Part shown: positions 1-11,140 of the stretch, one piece after another
How positions within the stretch are numbered: position 1 is the stretch's first letter
Layout of the letters: each line of letters begins with the position of its first letter
Origin: an uncultured Spirochaetota bacterium
GTDB taxonomy: Bacteria; Spirochaetota; Spirochaetia; SZUA-6; Fen-1364
Direction of reading: 5' to 3'
Length of the DNA: 64,000 nt
Assembly (NCBI GenBank): GCA_963781885.1
Contig: CAWAHW010000001.1
Location: 544,001-608,000, forward strand
The notes under the pieces: generated by a model
What the model was told of the DNA's origin: nothing
Seen by the model: only the letters and a program-made list of their open reading frames with translations
Databases searched by the model: none
Translations under genes and position numbers: made by a program

Positions 1-2158
1 GAAGTTCGGCAGCAACTTCCAGCCCTTTGTGCGCAAGCGCGACGTTAAACACAACGAAGACGACGACATGACCCGGGAACCCGAAATGGTGAAGGCCTAT
101 CGGGATACCTGGGAGCTGGGCCTGCACTCGTACCTCACCTACATGCGCGACCGCCTGCTTCTTGCCCGTGAGCTTCTTACCCCAAGCGGCAGCATCTTCG
201 TCCAGATCAGCGACGAGAACCTCCATCACGTCCGCGAGCTGATGGATGAGGTGTTCGGGGAGGAGAATTTTATATCTCAAATTACTTTTCTCAAGACATC
301 AGGATTTGAGACTACCACTATCTCTGCGCTTGGAGACTATCTGCTTTGGTTTGCCAAGGACGCGGCGCGGTTGCATGTCAGCAAATGCTACCAGAAGCAA
401 GAAATTGTCCTTGGAGAAGGTAATGCACGCTGGGTTTTTTTTCCTGACGGCACTTATAGAGGAGTCGCCGCGGACGAGAAGCGAGGCGAAACTGGCATAC
501 CGGCCGAGGCACGATTGTACAAACCGGACAACTTGGTCTCCCAAGGGCCCCCAAGCCAGCCACAGCCCTTCGACTATGAAGGCAAGCTATATCAACCGCC
601 CGAAAATTCGCATTGGAAAGCCAACTATCCCGTCGGAATGCAAAGATTGGCAGATGCAAATCGTATTCATGTTGCGCGAAACAGCATTCAATATAGACGT
701 TTTCCTGAGGACTTTCCTTTTGAGGAAATTGGGAACGTATGGACTGACACTCGGACTGGCAATTTTACTGACGATAAGGTTTACGTTGTACAAACCGGTA
801 CCAAGATAGTTGAACGCTGCCTCCTTATGACCACCGACCCCAGCGATCTCGTTCTTGACCCGACCTGCGGCTCTGGTACGACGGCATACGTCGCCGAACA
901 GTGGGGCAGGCGGTGGATAGCCATTGACACAAGCCGTGTTCCCCTCGCCTTGGCAAGGCAGCGCCTTCTCACCGCGACATTCCCTTGGTACGACCTCAAG
1001 GACGAAAGCCGCGGACCGGTCGGCGGCTTTGTCTATAAGCGCAAGCAGAACAACAAGGGCGAAGAGGTTGGCGGCATCGTGCCGCACATCACGCTCAAGT
1101 CCATCGCGAATGACGAGCCCCCGCAGGAAGAGGTGCTCGTAGATCGGCCCGAGGTCAAATCGGGGATCGTTCGAGTCTCAGGCCCCTTCGCTGTAGAGGC
1201 CACCATCCCGACGCCGGTGGATTGGGAGGGAGATGGAGAAGAAGACAGCGGGGCGGGCATAGGTGAAAGCCACGGAAACTTCGTGGACAGGATGCTGGAG
1301 GTTCTCAGGCGATCGCCTGTCCTTCACCTTGGCGGCGGCAAGACCGTCACGCTGAAGAACGTGAGACTACCTGCCAAGACGCTCACTCTCAGTGCGGAGG
1401 CGCTTGTCGATGCCACCGCGGAAGGGCAGAAGCCAACCCTCACCGACGCTGTGGAAGAATCGACCGAGAAGAACAAAAAGCTTCTCCCCTTCTCCCAGAA
1501 GCCGGTGGCTATCGTCTTCGGTCCCGAGAACGGTGCAGTCAGCGAGATGCTCGTCTACGAATCGGCTCGTGAGGCGCATGCAAAGAGCTACAGCCACCTG
1601 TACGTGATCGGCTTTGCCATTCAGCCCGGCGCTCGAAAGCTCGTCGAGACCTGTGACCAATCCGTGGGCGTTCCCGCGACATACGTACAGGCAACGCCCG
1701 ATCTCATGATGGGCGACCTGTTGAAGAACATGCGGTCAAGCCAGATCTTCAGCGTGTGCGGCTTGCCTGATGTGGCCCTCCGGAAGGCGAAAGCTCCCAA
1801 GGCGGGCAAACCACTGGAATACGTCGTCGAGCTGAAAGGCCTCGATGTTTTCGATCCGTCGACCATGGAAACCATGCCGCTCAAGCCCGACAACGTTCCT
1901 GCGTGGTTCCTCGATACCGACTACAACGGCCTCTGCTTCCATGTTTGCCAGGCGTTCTTCCCCCGTACGAGCGCGTGGGAGGGTCTCAAGAAGGCGCTCA
2001 AAGGAACCTACGATGAATCCGTGTGGGACCACCTGGCAGGTACGGAGAGCGCTCCATTCGAGGGGGGAGAGCACGCGCAGGTTGCGGTGAAGGTGATCGA
2101 CGACAGGGGCAACGAGCTGATGGTCGTCAGGCTTCTGGCCGAGGCCGACCACAAATGA
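1..2158 (+). CDS. mod: Type III restriction-modification methyltransferase (Mod), 5'-truncated by the window edge
   Basis: The frame is open from base 2 (KFGSNFQPF, which normally follows DPPY). Motifs GSIFVQISDEN and VLDPTCGSGTTA (SAM-binding motif I) are present. The stop overlaps the Res start (ATGA at 2155-2158). Confidence 0.9.
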   Translation, partial: KFGSNFQPFVRKRDVKHNEDDDMTREPEMVKAYRDTWELGLHSYLTYMRDRLLLARELLTPSGSIFVQISDENLHHVRELMDEVFGEENFISQITFLKTSGFETTTISALGDYLLWFAKDAARLHVSKCYQKQEIVLGEGNARWVFFPDGTYRGVAADEKRGETGIPAEARLYKPDNLVSQGPPSQPQPFDYEGKLYQPPENSHWKANYPVGMQRLADANRIHVARNSIQYRRFPEDFPFEEIGNVWTDTRTGNFTDDKVYVVQTGTKIVERCLLMTTDPSDLVLDPTCGSGTTAYVAEQWGRRWIAIDTSRVPLALARQRLLTATFPWYDLKDESRGPVGGFVYKRKQNNKGEEVGGIVPHITLKSIANDEPPQEEVLVDRPEVKSGIVRVSGPFAVEATIPTPVDWEGDGEEDSGAGIGESHGNFVDRMLEVLRRSPVLHLGGGKTVTLKNVRLPAKTLTLSAEALVDATAEGQKPTLTDAVEESTEKNKKLLPFSQKPVAIVFGPENGAVSEMLVYESAREAHAKSYSHLYVIGFAIQPGARKLVETCDQSVGVPATYVQATPDLMMGDLLKNMRSSQIFSVCGLPDVALRKAKAPKAGKPLEYVVELKGLDVFDPSTMETMPLKPDNVPAWFLDTDYNGLCFHVCQAFFPRTSAWEGLKKALKGTYDESVWDHLAGTESAPFEGGEHAQVAVKVIDDRGNELMVVRLLAEADHK

Positions 2159-5100
2159 ACTATGAGGTGGACGAGCCGATTCTCAACTCTCCCTATGAGG
2201 AGCCGCGAGAATACTGGCGCATTGTCGAAGGCGAGACGCCTGTCCGCATACAGGGTCGGCGCAGAGCGATGTACTACTATCGCCCGCCCAACGAAGAGAC
2301 ACAGCAGGGCGACGCGGGACATGGAACCGCGGTTGAGCTGACGCTCGTCAACGGCATCAGGGACCGGCTGGCGGAATGGCGCGTCGCTGGCTACGCCGGG
2401 GTGAGTCGAACAACGGCCGAGCTGCTGAAGTACTGGCGACGCGAAGGCAGACAGCACCGGCTCTTCTTCGCGCAGATCGAGGCGGCGGAAACCGTCATAT
2501 TCCTGACAGAAGCGCGCGCTGACCTCCGCCAGGGCGTGGACATTCCTCGGGACGAGCCAGGCGACGACGGCAAGCAGAAGGGCTACGAGTCGTTCCAGCG
2601 CTACGCATGCAAGATGGCAACCGGGACCGGCAAGACGATGGTCATGGGCATGCTTGCTGCATGGAGCATTCTCAACAAGGCTGCCTCACGAGCGGACAAC
2701 CGGTTTTCCGATACCATTCTCGTCGTATGTCCCAACGTCACCATACGCAGTCGACTGCAGGAGCTCGACCCCGGCCATGGAGAGGCCAGCATCTACAGGG
2801 TCAGAACCTGGTCCCGCCCCACCTCATGCCTGAGCTGTCCAAGGGCAAAGTCATCGTGACCAACTGGCACGTCTTCGAGCCGCAGGCGGTGCAGACAGGT
2901 GGCACGAGCGCACGGGTATCCCGAGCGGGTGTCGCGGTCAGGAGTCGGGAAACAATCACAATCGGACAGAAGACGGGAACCTCCCATGGAACGCGCTATC
3001 TCACAAAGAAGGAGCTGGAGAAGCAGATTGCCGCGGGCCTGATTGAGGTGAAAGAAGAGATAACGGATGCCGAGGGAAACCTCAAGAAGGTGAGTGTCGA
3101 TTCGACACGCTACGTCGAGAGCGACGCGGCCGTTGTGAATCGCGTGCTCGGCCGACAGGTGGGAGGCAAGAAGAACATCCTCGTTTTCAACGACGAGGCG
3201 CACCACGCGTACCGCATCAGGAAAGATGAGCCTGATGAAAACGAAGACCTCTTCGATGATGAAGAAGAGGAGGATACTGGTCAAGGAAGCCACTGTGTGG
3301 GTGGAGGGGCTGGATCGCATCCATTCTCTGCGCGGCATCAACTTCTGCCTGGACCTGTCGGCAACGCCCTATTTTCTTGCGCGGGTAGGACAGAGTACGA
3401 ACCAGACCTTTCCATGGGTGGTGAGCGACTTCGGGCTTACCGAAGCCATCGAGTCGGGACTTGTAAAGATTCCCCAGCTTGCGGTGCGCGACTCAACCGG
3501 CAAGGACATACCCGGCTATTTCAATATATGGCGGTACATTCTTGAAAAGCTGACACCGGCTGAAAAGGGCGGGAGCAAGGGCAGCCCAAAGCCCGAGGGG
3601 ATCCTCAAATACGCGAATCATCCCATCAGCATGCTTGCATCCCACTGGGATACGCTTCGCCAGGAGTGGGAGGCACGCAAGGAAGATCCGCGGCCACCGG
3701 TCTTTATTCTCGTCTGCAAAAACACGAAGATCGCGCGCGTTCTCTACGAATGGATCGCAGAGGACAAGCCACCAACCGGAATTCCATCCTGCGGCATCAC
3801 GGCATTTCGCAACACCCCTGACAGTGCGTGGACGATTCGCGTCGATTCCAAAGTGGTTCACGAGACGGACTCCGCGGAAGCGAAGAGCGACGAGTCAGCG
3901 TGGATGCGTCTGACACTGGACACCGTGGGCAGGATGAAGTGGCCCGAGGATCAACAGGGGAGGTCCCTCTATCCTGATGGATTCGAGGCGTTGGCAAAGA
4001 AGCTGCGCCGTCCGCTGAATCCTCCCGGTCGGGACGTGCGCTGCATCGTCAGCGTGGGGATGTTGACGGAGGGCTGGGACTGCAACACGGTGACTCACAT
4101 TGTAGGGCTGCGGCCCTTCATGTCGCAACTGCTCTGTGAACAGGTCGTCGGTCGCGGACTGCGGCGCGCAAGTTACGAAGTAGGGCCGGACGGCAAGTTG
4201 ACCGAAGAGGTCTCGAAGGTGTTCGGAGTGCCCTTTGAGATCATACCGTTCAAGGCCTCGCCTGGTGGCGCCCCGCCCGCACCACAGCAGCGACATCGCG
4301 TGCACGCGCTTCCGGAACGTGCCTCTTTGGAAATCAAATACCCTCGCGTGGAGGGCTACCGGCAAGCGATTCGCAATCGGCTGATGGTGGAATGGGAGGC
4401 TCTCGCACCATTGACTCTCGATCCCCTGAAGATTCCCGCCGAGGTGCAGGTAAAGGCAAGTCTCCCCACGAACACCGGCAGGCCTTCCCTCAGCGGACCT
4501 GGCAAGATGGAAAGCCTGGACCTCGACACATACCGGAGAGAAAGGCGCCTGCAGGAGCTTGCCTTTGGGCTGGCAAGAGACCTCACAAACGATTATCTGA
4601 AAGCAGGTCCGCATCCACCGGCGTATGTGCTTTTCCCGCAGGTGGTTGAGATCGTTCTTCGATACCTCCGCGAAAAGGTAGTCCCAATTCCCCCGGCGGA
4701 TCGGCTGGACGTATTTCTCTCTCCATATTATGGGTGGGTGATAGAGCGCCTTGGAGAGGCTATCAAACCCGACACCGCCCACGGGGAAGAAGCGGAGCTT
4801 CCCCGCTACGAATCAAGCCGCGGCCCGGGATCAACCGCGGATGTCGATTTCTGGACAAGCCGTGACGTTCGAGAGATCGTCAAGAGTCATCTCAACTTCG
4901 TGGTTGCTGATACAAAGGTCTGGGAACAAGCGGCGGCCTATGTAATCGATACGCATGATAAGGTGGAATCCTTCGTGAAGAATGCCGGGCTGGGCTTTGC
5001 GATACCTTATCTGCACAACGGAGAACCGCACGACTATGTGCCGGACTTCATCGTTCGTCTTGCGGGCACACCGCCCGCTCATCTCATCCTCGAAACAAAA

Positions 5101-5247
5101 GGATTTGACGATCTTGCCGAGATAAAAGCCCAGGCCGCCGATCGATGGGTGAAGGCAGTGAATGCGGACGGCAGGTTTGGCGCGTGGAAATATGCCGTCG
5201 CGCGTGACCCAAAGGACGTCCGCAAGATTCTTGATTCGGAGCGATAG
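2155..5247 (+). CDS. res: Type III restriction endonuclease/helicase subunit (Res), split by two frameshifts (~2805, ~3275)
   Basis: Consecutive ORF pieces give EPILNSPYEEP, MATGTGKT (Walker A), NDEAHH, MLTEGWD, QVVGRGLR and a C-terminal YVPDFIV..LILETKG (PD-(D/E)xK). Confidence 0.88.
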
Positions 5248-5249
5248 GC

Positions 5250-5312
5250 ATGTCGATGAGAAAACTCAAGGTCCTCAGAAGCGAAGCGGAGTACAGGACG
5301 GCGCGCTCATAG
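5250..5312 (+). pseudogene. 20-codon remnant resembling a HigA-type antitoxin N-terminus
   Basis: MSMRKLKVLRSEAEYRTARS* starts 2 bp after the res stop and resembles the 'IKxI(R/K)TEAEYxAAL' N-terminus. Confidence 0.35.
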
Positions 5313-5393
5313 GTCGACCATGAAATTTTCTCGTGTGGCAGACACGTGCGCTGCCTTGACTCCCCCGCGTAGCTCGCTACGATAGCCGTCATC

Positions 5394-7033
5394 ATGTCAC
5401 GAAAACTGCTGCTTCTCCTAACATGCGCTCTGCTCTTCTCCTCTTGCTTCAGCTTCCCCGACGCGGGTCCCGCTTCCGCTACGCCCGCGCCCGGTGCGAT
5501 CGTGCAGCCAGCGACTGGCGCCGCCGCTCCGTCAGCGGCACCCGGGCTTCCCCCGAGCTTGCGGCCCTTGCGCGCATCATCCAGGCGCCGCTGCCGGCAC
5601 CGCTTGCGGATGCGCCCACGCTCATCGACCTGCCGAAGGGCTATCCCGCCGATCGGGCGCTTGCGTTGAATCGGCTGAACCAGTATCGCGTGGCAGCGGG
5701 GCTCGTGCCGTACGTGTACGATCCGACGTTGAGCGCGATGGGTCAGGCGCATGCCGATTACCTGCTGGCCAACGCGGGTGCGAATATCGCCTTTGGGCAT
5801 TTCGAGCTTCCCTCGAACAGGTACTACACCAAGGCGGGAGACGAGGCGGCCAGGACGAGCGGACTTGTCGGAGCGGATCCGGATCCCCTGGACGCCCTGG
5901 AAGGGCTCATGAGCGGGGTCTTCCACAGGGTGCAGTTCCTGCGACCGGAAGAGACGCGCGTGGGAATGGGTTCCAGCTATGACGCTGCGAAGAATGGCGG
6001 CGGCACGCTTTTCGTGACGAGGGAGCCCGAGGCAGGATCGGCGAAGCCGAAGCGTCCTTCCCGATTCATCGTCTTTCCACCCGACGGATTCAACGACGTG
6101 CTCTCCACGTTCAACAATGAGTTTCCCGATCCGCGGCCGGGGCATCGCCCGGAGGATCCGCCCACAGGCTATCCCATCACCATCTCCCTCGGCTGGGACG
6201 ACGTGAAGGCTTTCGAGAACGCAGAGGTCACCGTCACGAATGGGCGCGGTGAATCGGTGCCGGCATGGGTGAGCTTTCCGGGAAAGCCCGCCGTTGCATC
6301 GCCTGACATGAGTATCTATTCGGGTGACGCTGCCTCCATCGCCCAGGGTTATCGCGACAACTACGGCGCGGTGTTCATCCTCCCGAAACAGCCGCTGGAA
6401 CGCGGCGCGGCGTACAGCGTCAGCGCCACGCTTCAGATCGCCGGGAAGACCGAGACGCTCTCCTGGGCATTCAGGACGCGCGGCGCGCGGCTCTGGGAGG
6501 TGAAGCCCCATGCCGCTGATCCCCGGCTGGATCTCGCCTCCGCGATTCGCAACGCCTCCGACGGCGACACGATCAGGCTCGCGGCCGGCGACTACGTGAT
6601 CACCGCCACCTTGAATCTTGACAAGTCCGTCCGCATCATCGGCGACCCGGGGCACACGGTGCTGAGATACGCGGGCAAGAGCGATCTTGCGGCCATCGGG
6701 GTCAGCTCCGATGTCATCCTGCAGGGCATGGATCTCATGGGCGCCGCGGGTCTCTACGTGGGCCGCAAAGGTCGCCTGCTGCTGGAAAACTGCCGCTTCA
6801 CGTACGATATCCGGGAGGCGTCGCTTGCCACGTGCGAGCGCGGCTCCATCCTTGTTGTCGAGCGATGCGATTTCACTGCCTATGCCAGCCCGACTCTTGC
6901 CTACTTCCTGGACAACCCTTCGGATGCGGCGGACGCCGCGCTGTATCTCGGTGTCGGCAACGCTTTCGCGGCGCCGGGAAAACATTCCTGGAACGCGGGC
7001 GTCGAGCAGGCTCTGTCCCGGCCCATCGACTGA
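5394..7033 (+). CDS. CAP (SCP) domain lipoprotein with C-terminal beta-helix-like region; frameshift near 5560
   Basis: Signal peptide and lipobox LLFSSC in ORF 5394. CAP motifs LNQYRVAAGL, AQAHADY-like and GVFHRVQFL in ORF 5423. DGDTIRLAAGDY is a typical beta-helix start. Confidence 0.7.
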
Positions 7034-7046
7034 GGCGCTGAAGCCG

Positions 7047-7454
7047 TTATTTGGCCTTCGGCTTCCGACCCCCGGTCGTTTTCTTTGAGACACGCGGCGT
7101 GCTTTTCCGTGGCGCGGTCTTTTTCGCCGCCTTCGCCGTGAGGGGCTTTTTCTCCACCGACGTCAAGTCGACAACGGAGTTATCGGTTCCGAATTGATTG
7201 CTCTCCACCGAATCGGCCTCATAATCGGTGTGCCAGACTCCCTGGTTGTCGTGGTAGCGAAAACGATACGATTTGCCTGCATCCAGCACGAGCCTGCCCA
7301 CCCACGTGCCATCCGGTTCCAGATCGAGCGGGAGACCCCTGACTTTCCAGGCGTTGAAGTCTCCGCAGAGATAAAGCTCGACGACGTCATCCATCGGCGG
7401 CATCCTGAATGTGACTTCGACCTTCCGGCCTGCAAGAGCCTTCTTTTGAATCAT
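7047..7454 (-). CDS. Isoamylase early-set / CBM48 domain protein with Lys-rich tail
   Basis: VTFRMP..LYLCGDFNAW..GKSYRFRY..W..D..AD..NQFGTDNSVV, then a KKTAPRK-rich C-terminus. Confidence 0.8.
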   Translation of the reverse strand: MIQKKALAGRKVEVTFRMPPMDDVVELYLCGDFNAWKVRGLPLDLEPDGTWVGRLVLDAGKSYRFRYHDNQGVWHTDYEADSVESNQFGTDNSVVDLTSVEKKPLTAKAAKKTAPRKSTPRVSKKTTGGRKPKAK

Positions 7455-7592
7455 ATGCTCCCCCTTCCCGGCGAACTCTTCCCCCCGTGTGGGTAAGGCA
7501 ATGGGAACATTCTAGCATTGGCACGGGCGCCGCGCCAGCCCTTTGTCGGTGACCTTTCATCTGCGCGAACCTTCCACCCGCCGCGGAGCCGA

Positions 7593-8561
7593 TCAGTATG
7601 CGGCTCCCCTCTCGGCAAGAGCCTTGTCGATCTCGGCGATCTCCGCGGGACCGAGGTCCCAATCCGCCCCGCCGCGGGTCTGCTCCACCTGCGCGGGTCC
7701 GCGTCCGCCGACGATGGCCGCCGTCACCTCGGGCCTGCGGAGCACCCACGCAATGGCAAGCTCCGCGACACTCCGCCCTTTGCCCGCCGCGATCGCCTTC
7801 AGCTTCTCCACGAGCGCAAGGTTGGCGCCGAGCGCGGGCTCCGTGAAGTGGGTGTTGCGCTTTCTCCAGTCGGTGTCAGGAAGCTTTGCAACGCGCTCCT
7901 TCGTGAACCTGCCCGCCAGCAGTCCCGCCTGCATCGGACTGTAGACGATCACGCCGATCTTGCTCGCCCCGCAGAAGGGAAGGAGCTCCGTCTCCACGTC
8001 GCGGCGCAGCATGCTGTACGGCGGCTGCAGCGATGCCACGGGATGTATCGCCTGGATCCGCTTGATCTGCGAGACCGAGAAATTGGAGACGCCGGCATAC
8101 CGGACCTTGCCGGCCTTCACCTGGCGCGCAATCTCGGTCCAGCCCTCCTCGATGTCGGGATCGGGATCGGGCCAATGGACCTGGTAGAGGTCGATGTAGT
8201 CGGTGCCGAGCCGCCGCAGGCTCGCCTCCAGCTCATCGCGCACGCTTTTGGCTTTCAGGCGGGAGACGGGCGAGGCGTTTCCCCCCTCGATGACGCGGCC
8301 GCACTTGGTTGCGACGAGCACTTTGTCGCGTCGGCCCGCGATCGCCTTGCCGACGACCTCCTCCGCGTGGCCGATGCCGTAGACGGCGGCCGTGTCGATC
8401 CAGTTGATGCCGACGTCCAGCGCCTTGTGGATTGCCGCGATGGAGGCCGCGTCGTCCTGGGGTCCCCAGCCGAATGCCCACTCTTCGCCGCCCATTGCCC
8501 ACGTCCCCAGGCCAATGCGCGTGATCTCCAGGTCCGAGTACCCGAGATTCCGTGTTTTCAT
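7593..8561 (-). CDS. Aldo/keto reductase
   Basis: IGLGTWAMGG, GINWIDTAAVYG, ATKCG, DLYQVHWPD, GVSNF, YSPMQAGLL. Confidence 0.93.
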   Translation of the reverse strand: MKTRNLGYSDLEITRIGLGTWAMGGEEWAFGWGPQDDAASIAAIHKALDVGINWIDTAAVYGIGHAEEVVGKAIAGRRDKVLVATKCGRVIEGGNASPVSRLKAKSVRDELEASLRRLGTDYIDLYQVHWPDPDPDIEEGWTEIARQVKAGKVRYAGVSNFSVSQIKRIQAIHPVASLQPPYSMLRRDVETELLPFCGASKIGVIVYSPMQAGLLAGRFTKERVAKLPDTDWRKRNTHFTEPALGANLALVEKLKAIAAGKGRSVAELAIAWVLRRPEVTAAIVGGRGPAQVEQTRGGADWDLGPAEIAEIDKALAERGAAY

Positions 8562-8686
8562 ATCATCATTGTGCCGACAAAATCGGGCGGTCGACAAGAA
8601 TCAAAAGCTTGGCCGTGTCGCGTGCTGAAAAAATATCTGCCATTCGGCCTTCGGCTGATGTAGAATCTGATGTTCCAGGGTCATCC

Positions 8687-11140
8687 ATGAAGGCGAAACA
8701 CCTCACCCCCTCCACGGCGGGAAAAAGAGTCACGTGGCAAGGTTTCACGCTTGGCGTCAAGGCCTCTTTGTTCGGCGCGGGTATCGTGCTGGCCAGCGCA
8801 ATCTCACTCCTCCTCCTGGCCGCGTGGGAGAGCGGCCAGTACAACAAGCTCGCCCAGGGAGAGGTCGACGGCCTGATCAATACCGATCTCGACAACATCA
8901 CGTTGGGCATCTACAACATGGTCGAGACGGAGAACGAGGCGGTCCAGCAGCAGGCGAGCGCGGAGCTCAAGGCGGCGCAACGTCAGCTTGCAGAGACGCG
9001 GGCCCGCGAGGCGATCATCCGCACGCGCGTCGGCAGGACCGGATACGTCTATGTCCTGGGCGGGAGCGGCGAAAAACGCGGTCATTACATCATCTCGCAG
9101 AATGGCGAGCGTGACGGGGAAAACATCTGGGACAGCACCGACAGCCAGGGCAATCCAGTGATCAAGGAGATCGTCGGCAAGGCTGTTGTGCTCCGGCCGG
9201 GGGAGCTTGCCACGGCGCACTATCTCTGGCAGAACCCCAATGAAAAAACCCCGCGCTGGAAGCTCGTCCGCCTGGCCTATTTCCAGCCGTGGGATTGGGT
9301 GATAGGAACAAGTGCCTACGATGACGAGCTCATGACCTACCGGACCATCCTCACCGAGGGGCGGCAGCGCATGACGGCCGTCATGGGCGGCGCGGGCATC
9401 GCCATCACCGTCCTCATGGGACTCCTGGGCGGCCTCCTCGGCTGGCTCATCCTCGTGCGTCCCGTCCGCCGCCTGACCGGCGCGCTGGAGACAGTGATCG
9501 GGGGCGACTTGAGCGGGGCAGTGGTCGTGCGCTCCCGCGACGAGATCGGGACACTGGCGCGGACATTCAACACGATGACGGAGAGACTGCGGGAAACGGT
9601 GGAAGGGCTGCGGCGGAGTGAGGAGAAGTACCGCGCGATCTTCGACAACGCCATCGAGGGGTTCTTCCAGTCCACGCTGGAGGGTGCTTTTCTCGCGGTC
9701 AATCCGACGATGGCGGTCATCCTGGGCTATGACTCGCCGGCGGACCTGATCGCCTCTGTCACCGACATGCGGTCGCAGCTCTACGTCCATGCCGCGGACC
9801 GCGACGAGCTGATCGCCACGCTCCTCAAGAAGGGGAAGTCGGTCGGCCGGGAGGTCCAGTTCCGGCGGAAGGACGGGTGTGAGATCTGGGTCTCCCTGAA
9901 CGAGCACCTCGTGCGCGACAGGGACCGGCCCCGCATCGAGGGCTTCCTCTTCGACGTCACCGAGCGCCGGCGGCTGGAGACGCAGCTTCTCCAGTCGCAG
10001 AAGATGGAGGCCATCGGGCTTCTTGCAGGCGGGGTGGCCCACGATTTTAACAACCTCCTGACGCCCATTCTTGGATACGCCGAGCTGCTGGAGGCAAGCC
10101 TCTCCGCCGACAAGACCTCCCGCGAGCAACTGGCGGACATCCGGCGGGCCGCGGAGCGCGCCCAGGCCCTCACCCGACGACTCCTCACCTTCAGCCGCAA
10201 GCAGATGATCGAGCTTTCCACGATCAATCTCGGCGACGTGATCCGCCGCCTGCACGGCATCCTGCGCCGGACCATCCGGGAAGACATCGGCATCGAGATC
10301 GCGATCGCCCCGACCGTGTCGCCGGTGCGCGCGGACGCGGGCCAGATCGAGCAGGTCCTTCTGAACCTGGCGATCAACGCGCAGGACGCCATGCCGGCCG
10401 GTGGGACACTCTCCATCGAGGCCGCAGACGTCGACATCGACGAGGCATTTGCCGCCGGCCACCCCGAGACTGCCCCCGGGCCATACGTGATGCTCACCGT
10501 GAGCGACACCGGCGTCGGCATGGACGCGCGGACCATGGAGCACCTCTTCGAGCCTTTCTTCACCACGAAGGAGCTGGGCAAGGGAACGGGCCTGGGGCTC
10601 TCCTCCGTGTACGGAATTGTCCGCCAGCACGGCGGCGCCATCAATGTCTATTCGGAGAAGAATCGCGGGAGCACGTTCAAGATCCTGCTGCCCCGGACGG
10701 CGGAGGGCGTGGAGGGCGAACGGCGCGCGGTGGAGCCGGCGGAGACGGCGCGCGGTGCGGAGACGATCCTCGTGGTGGAAGACAATACGATGGTGAGGAC
10801 GCTCGCGTGCAGGATGCTCACGAATCTCGGCTACCGGGTCCTTTCTGCCGAGACGGCGGAGGCGTGCATCGCGCTCGCGGAGGCGCAGGGGGACCGTATC
10901 GCCCTCGTGCTCACGGACGTCATCATGCCACATATGAACGGTCGGGAGATTCTCAACGAGCTGCGCCGGAAGCGCCCCGAGCTGAAGGCGCTCTTCATGT
11001 CGGGGTACCCCAGCAATGTGATCCAGCACCAGGGCGTTCTGGACGAGGGCATGCATTTCATCCAGAAACCCTTCACGTTGCAGGCCCTTTCGGCGAAGAT
11101 TCGCGAGGCGCTCGATTCCCCGGCAGAGCCGACGGCTTAA
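8687..11140 (+). CDS. Hybrid sensor histidine kinase (Cache-HAMP-PAS-HisKA-HATPase-REC)
   Basis: Two TM segments, HAMP (RDEIGTLARTFN), PAS, H-box [27 protein letters not shown] and a receiver domain LTDVIMP. Confidence 0.92.
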   Translation: MKAKHLTPSTAGKRVTWQGFTLGVKASLFGAGIVLASAISLLLLAAWESGQYNKLAQGEVDGLINTDLDNITLGIYNMVETENEAVQQQASAELKAAQRQLAETRAREAIIRTRVGRTGYVYVLGGSGEKRGHYIISQNGERDGENIWDSTDSQGNPVIKEIVGKAVVLRPGELATAHYLWQNPNEKTPRWKLVRLAYFQPWDWVIGTSAYDDELMTYRTILTEGRQRMTAVMGGAGIAITVLMGLLGGLLGWLILVRPVRRLTGALETVIGGDLSGAVVVRSRDEIGTLARTFNTMTERLRETVEGLRRSEEKYRAIFDNAIEGFFQSTLEGAFLAVNPTMAVILGYDSPADLIASVTDMRSQLYVHAADRDELIATLLKKGKSVGREVQFRRKDGCEIWVSLNEHLVRDRDRPRIEGFLFDVTERRRLETQLLQSQKMEAIGLLAGGVAHDFNNLLTPILGYAELLEASLSADKTSREQLADIRRAAERAQALTRRLLTFSRKQMIELSTINLGDVIRRLHGILRRTIREDIGIEIAIAPTVSPVRADAGQIEQVLLNLAINAQDAMPAGGTLSIEAADVDIDEAFAAGHPETAPGPYVMLTVSDTGVGMDARTMEHLFEPFFTTKELGKGTGLGLSSVYGIVRQHGGAINVYSEKNRGSTFKILLPRTAEGVEGERRAVEPAETARGAETILVVEDNTMVRTLACRMLTNLGYRVLSAETAEACIALAEAQGDRIALVLTDVIMPHMNGREILNELRRKRPELKALFMSGYPSNVIQHQGVLDEGMHFIQKPFTLQALSAKIREALDSPAEPTA

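Noticed and set aside
435-442. T8 tract in mod as a phase-variation switch
   Set aside because: The tract is short and in frame, and phase-variable mod genes usually have much longer simple repeats.
2155-5247. Programmed frameshifting in res
   Set aside because: There is no clear slippery heptamer, and similar indels occur throughout the window.
7518-7535. TGGCACG as a sigma-54 promoter
   Set aside because: The -12 element is poor and no gene lies downstream on that strand.
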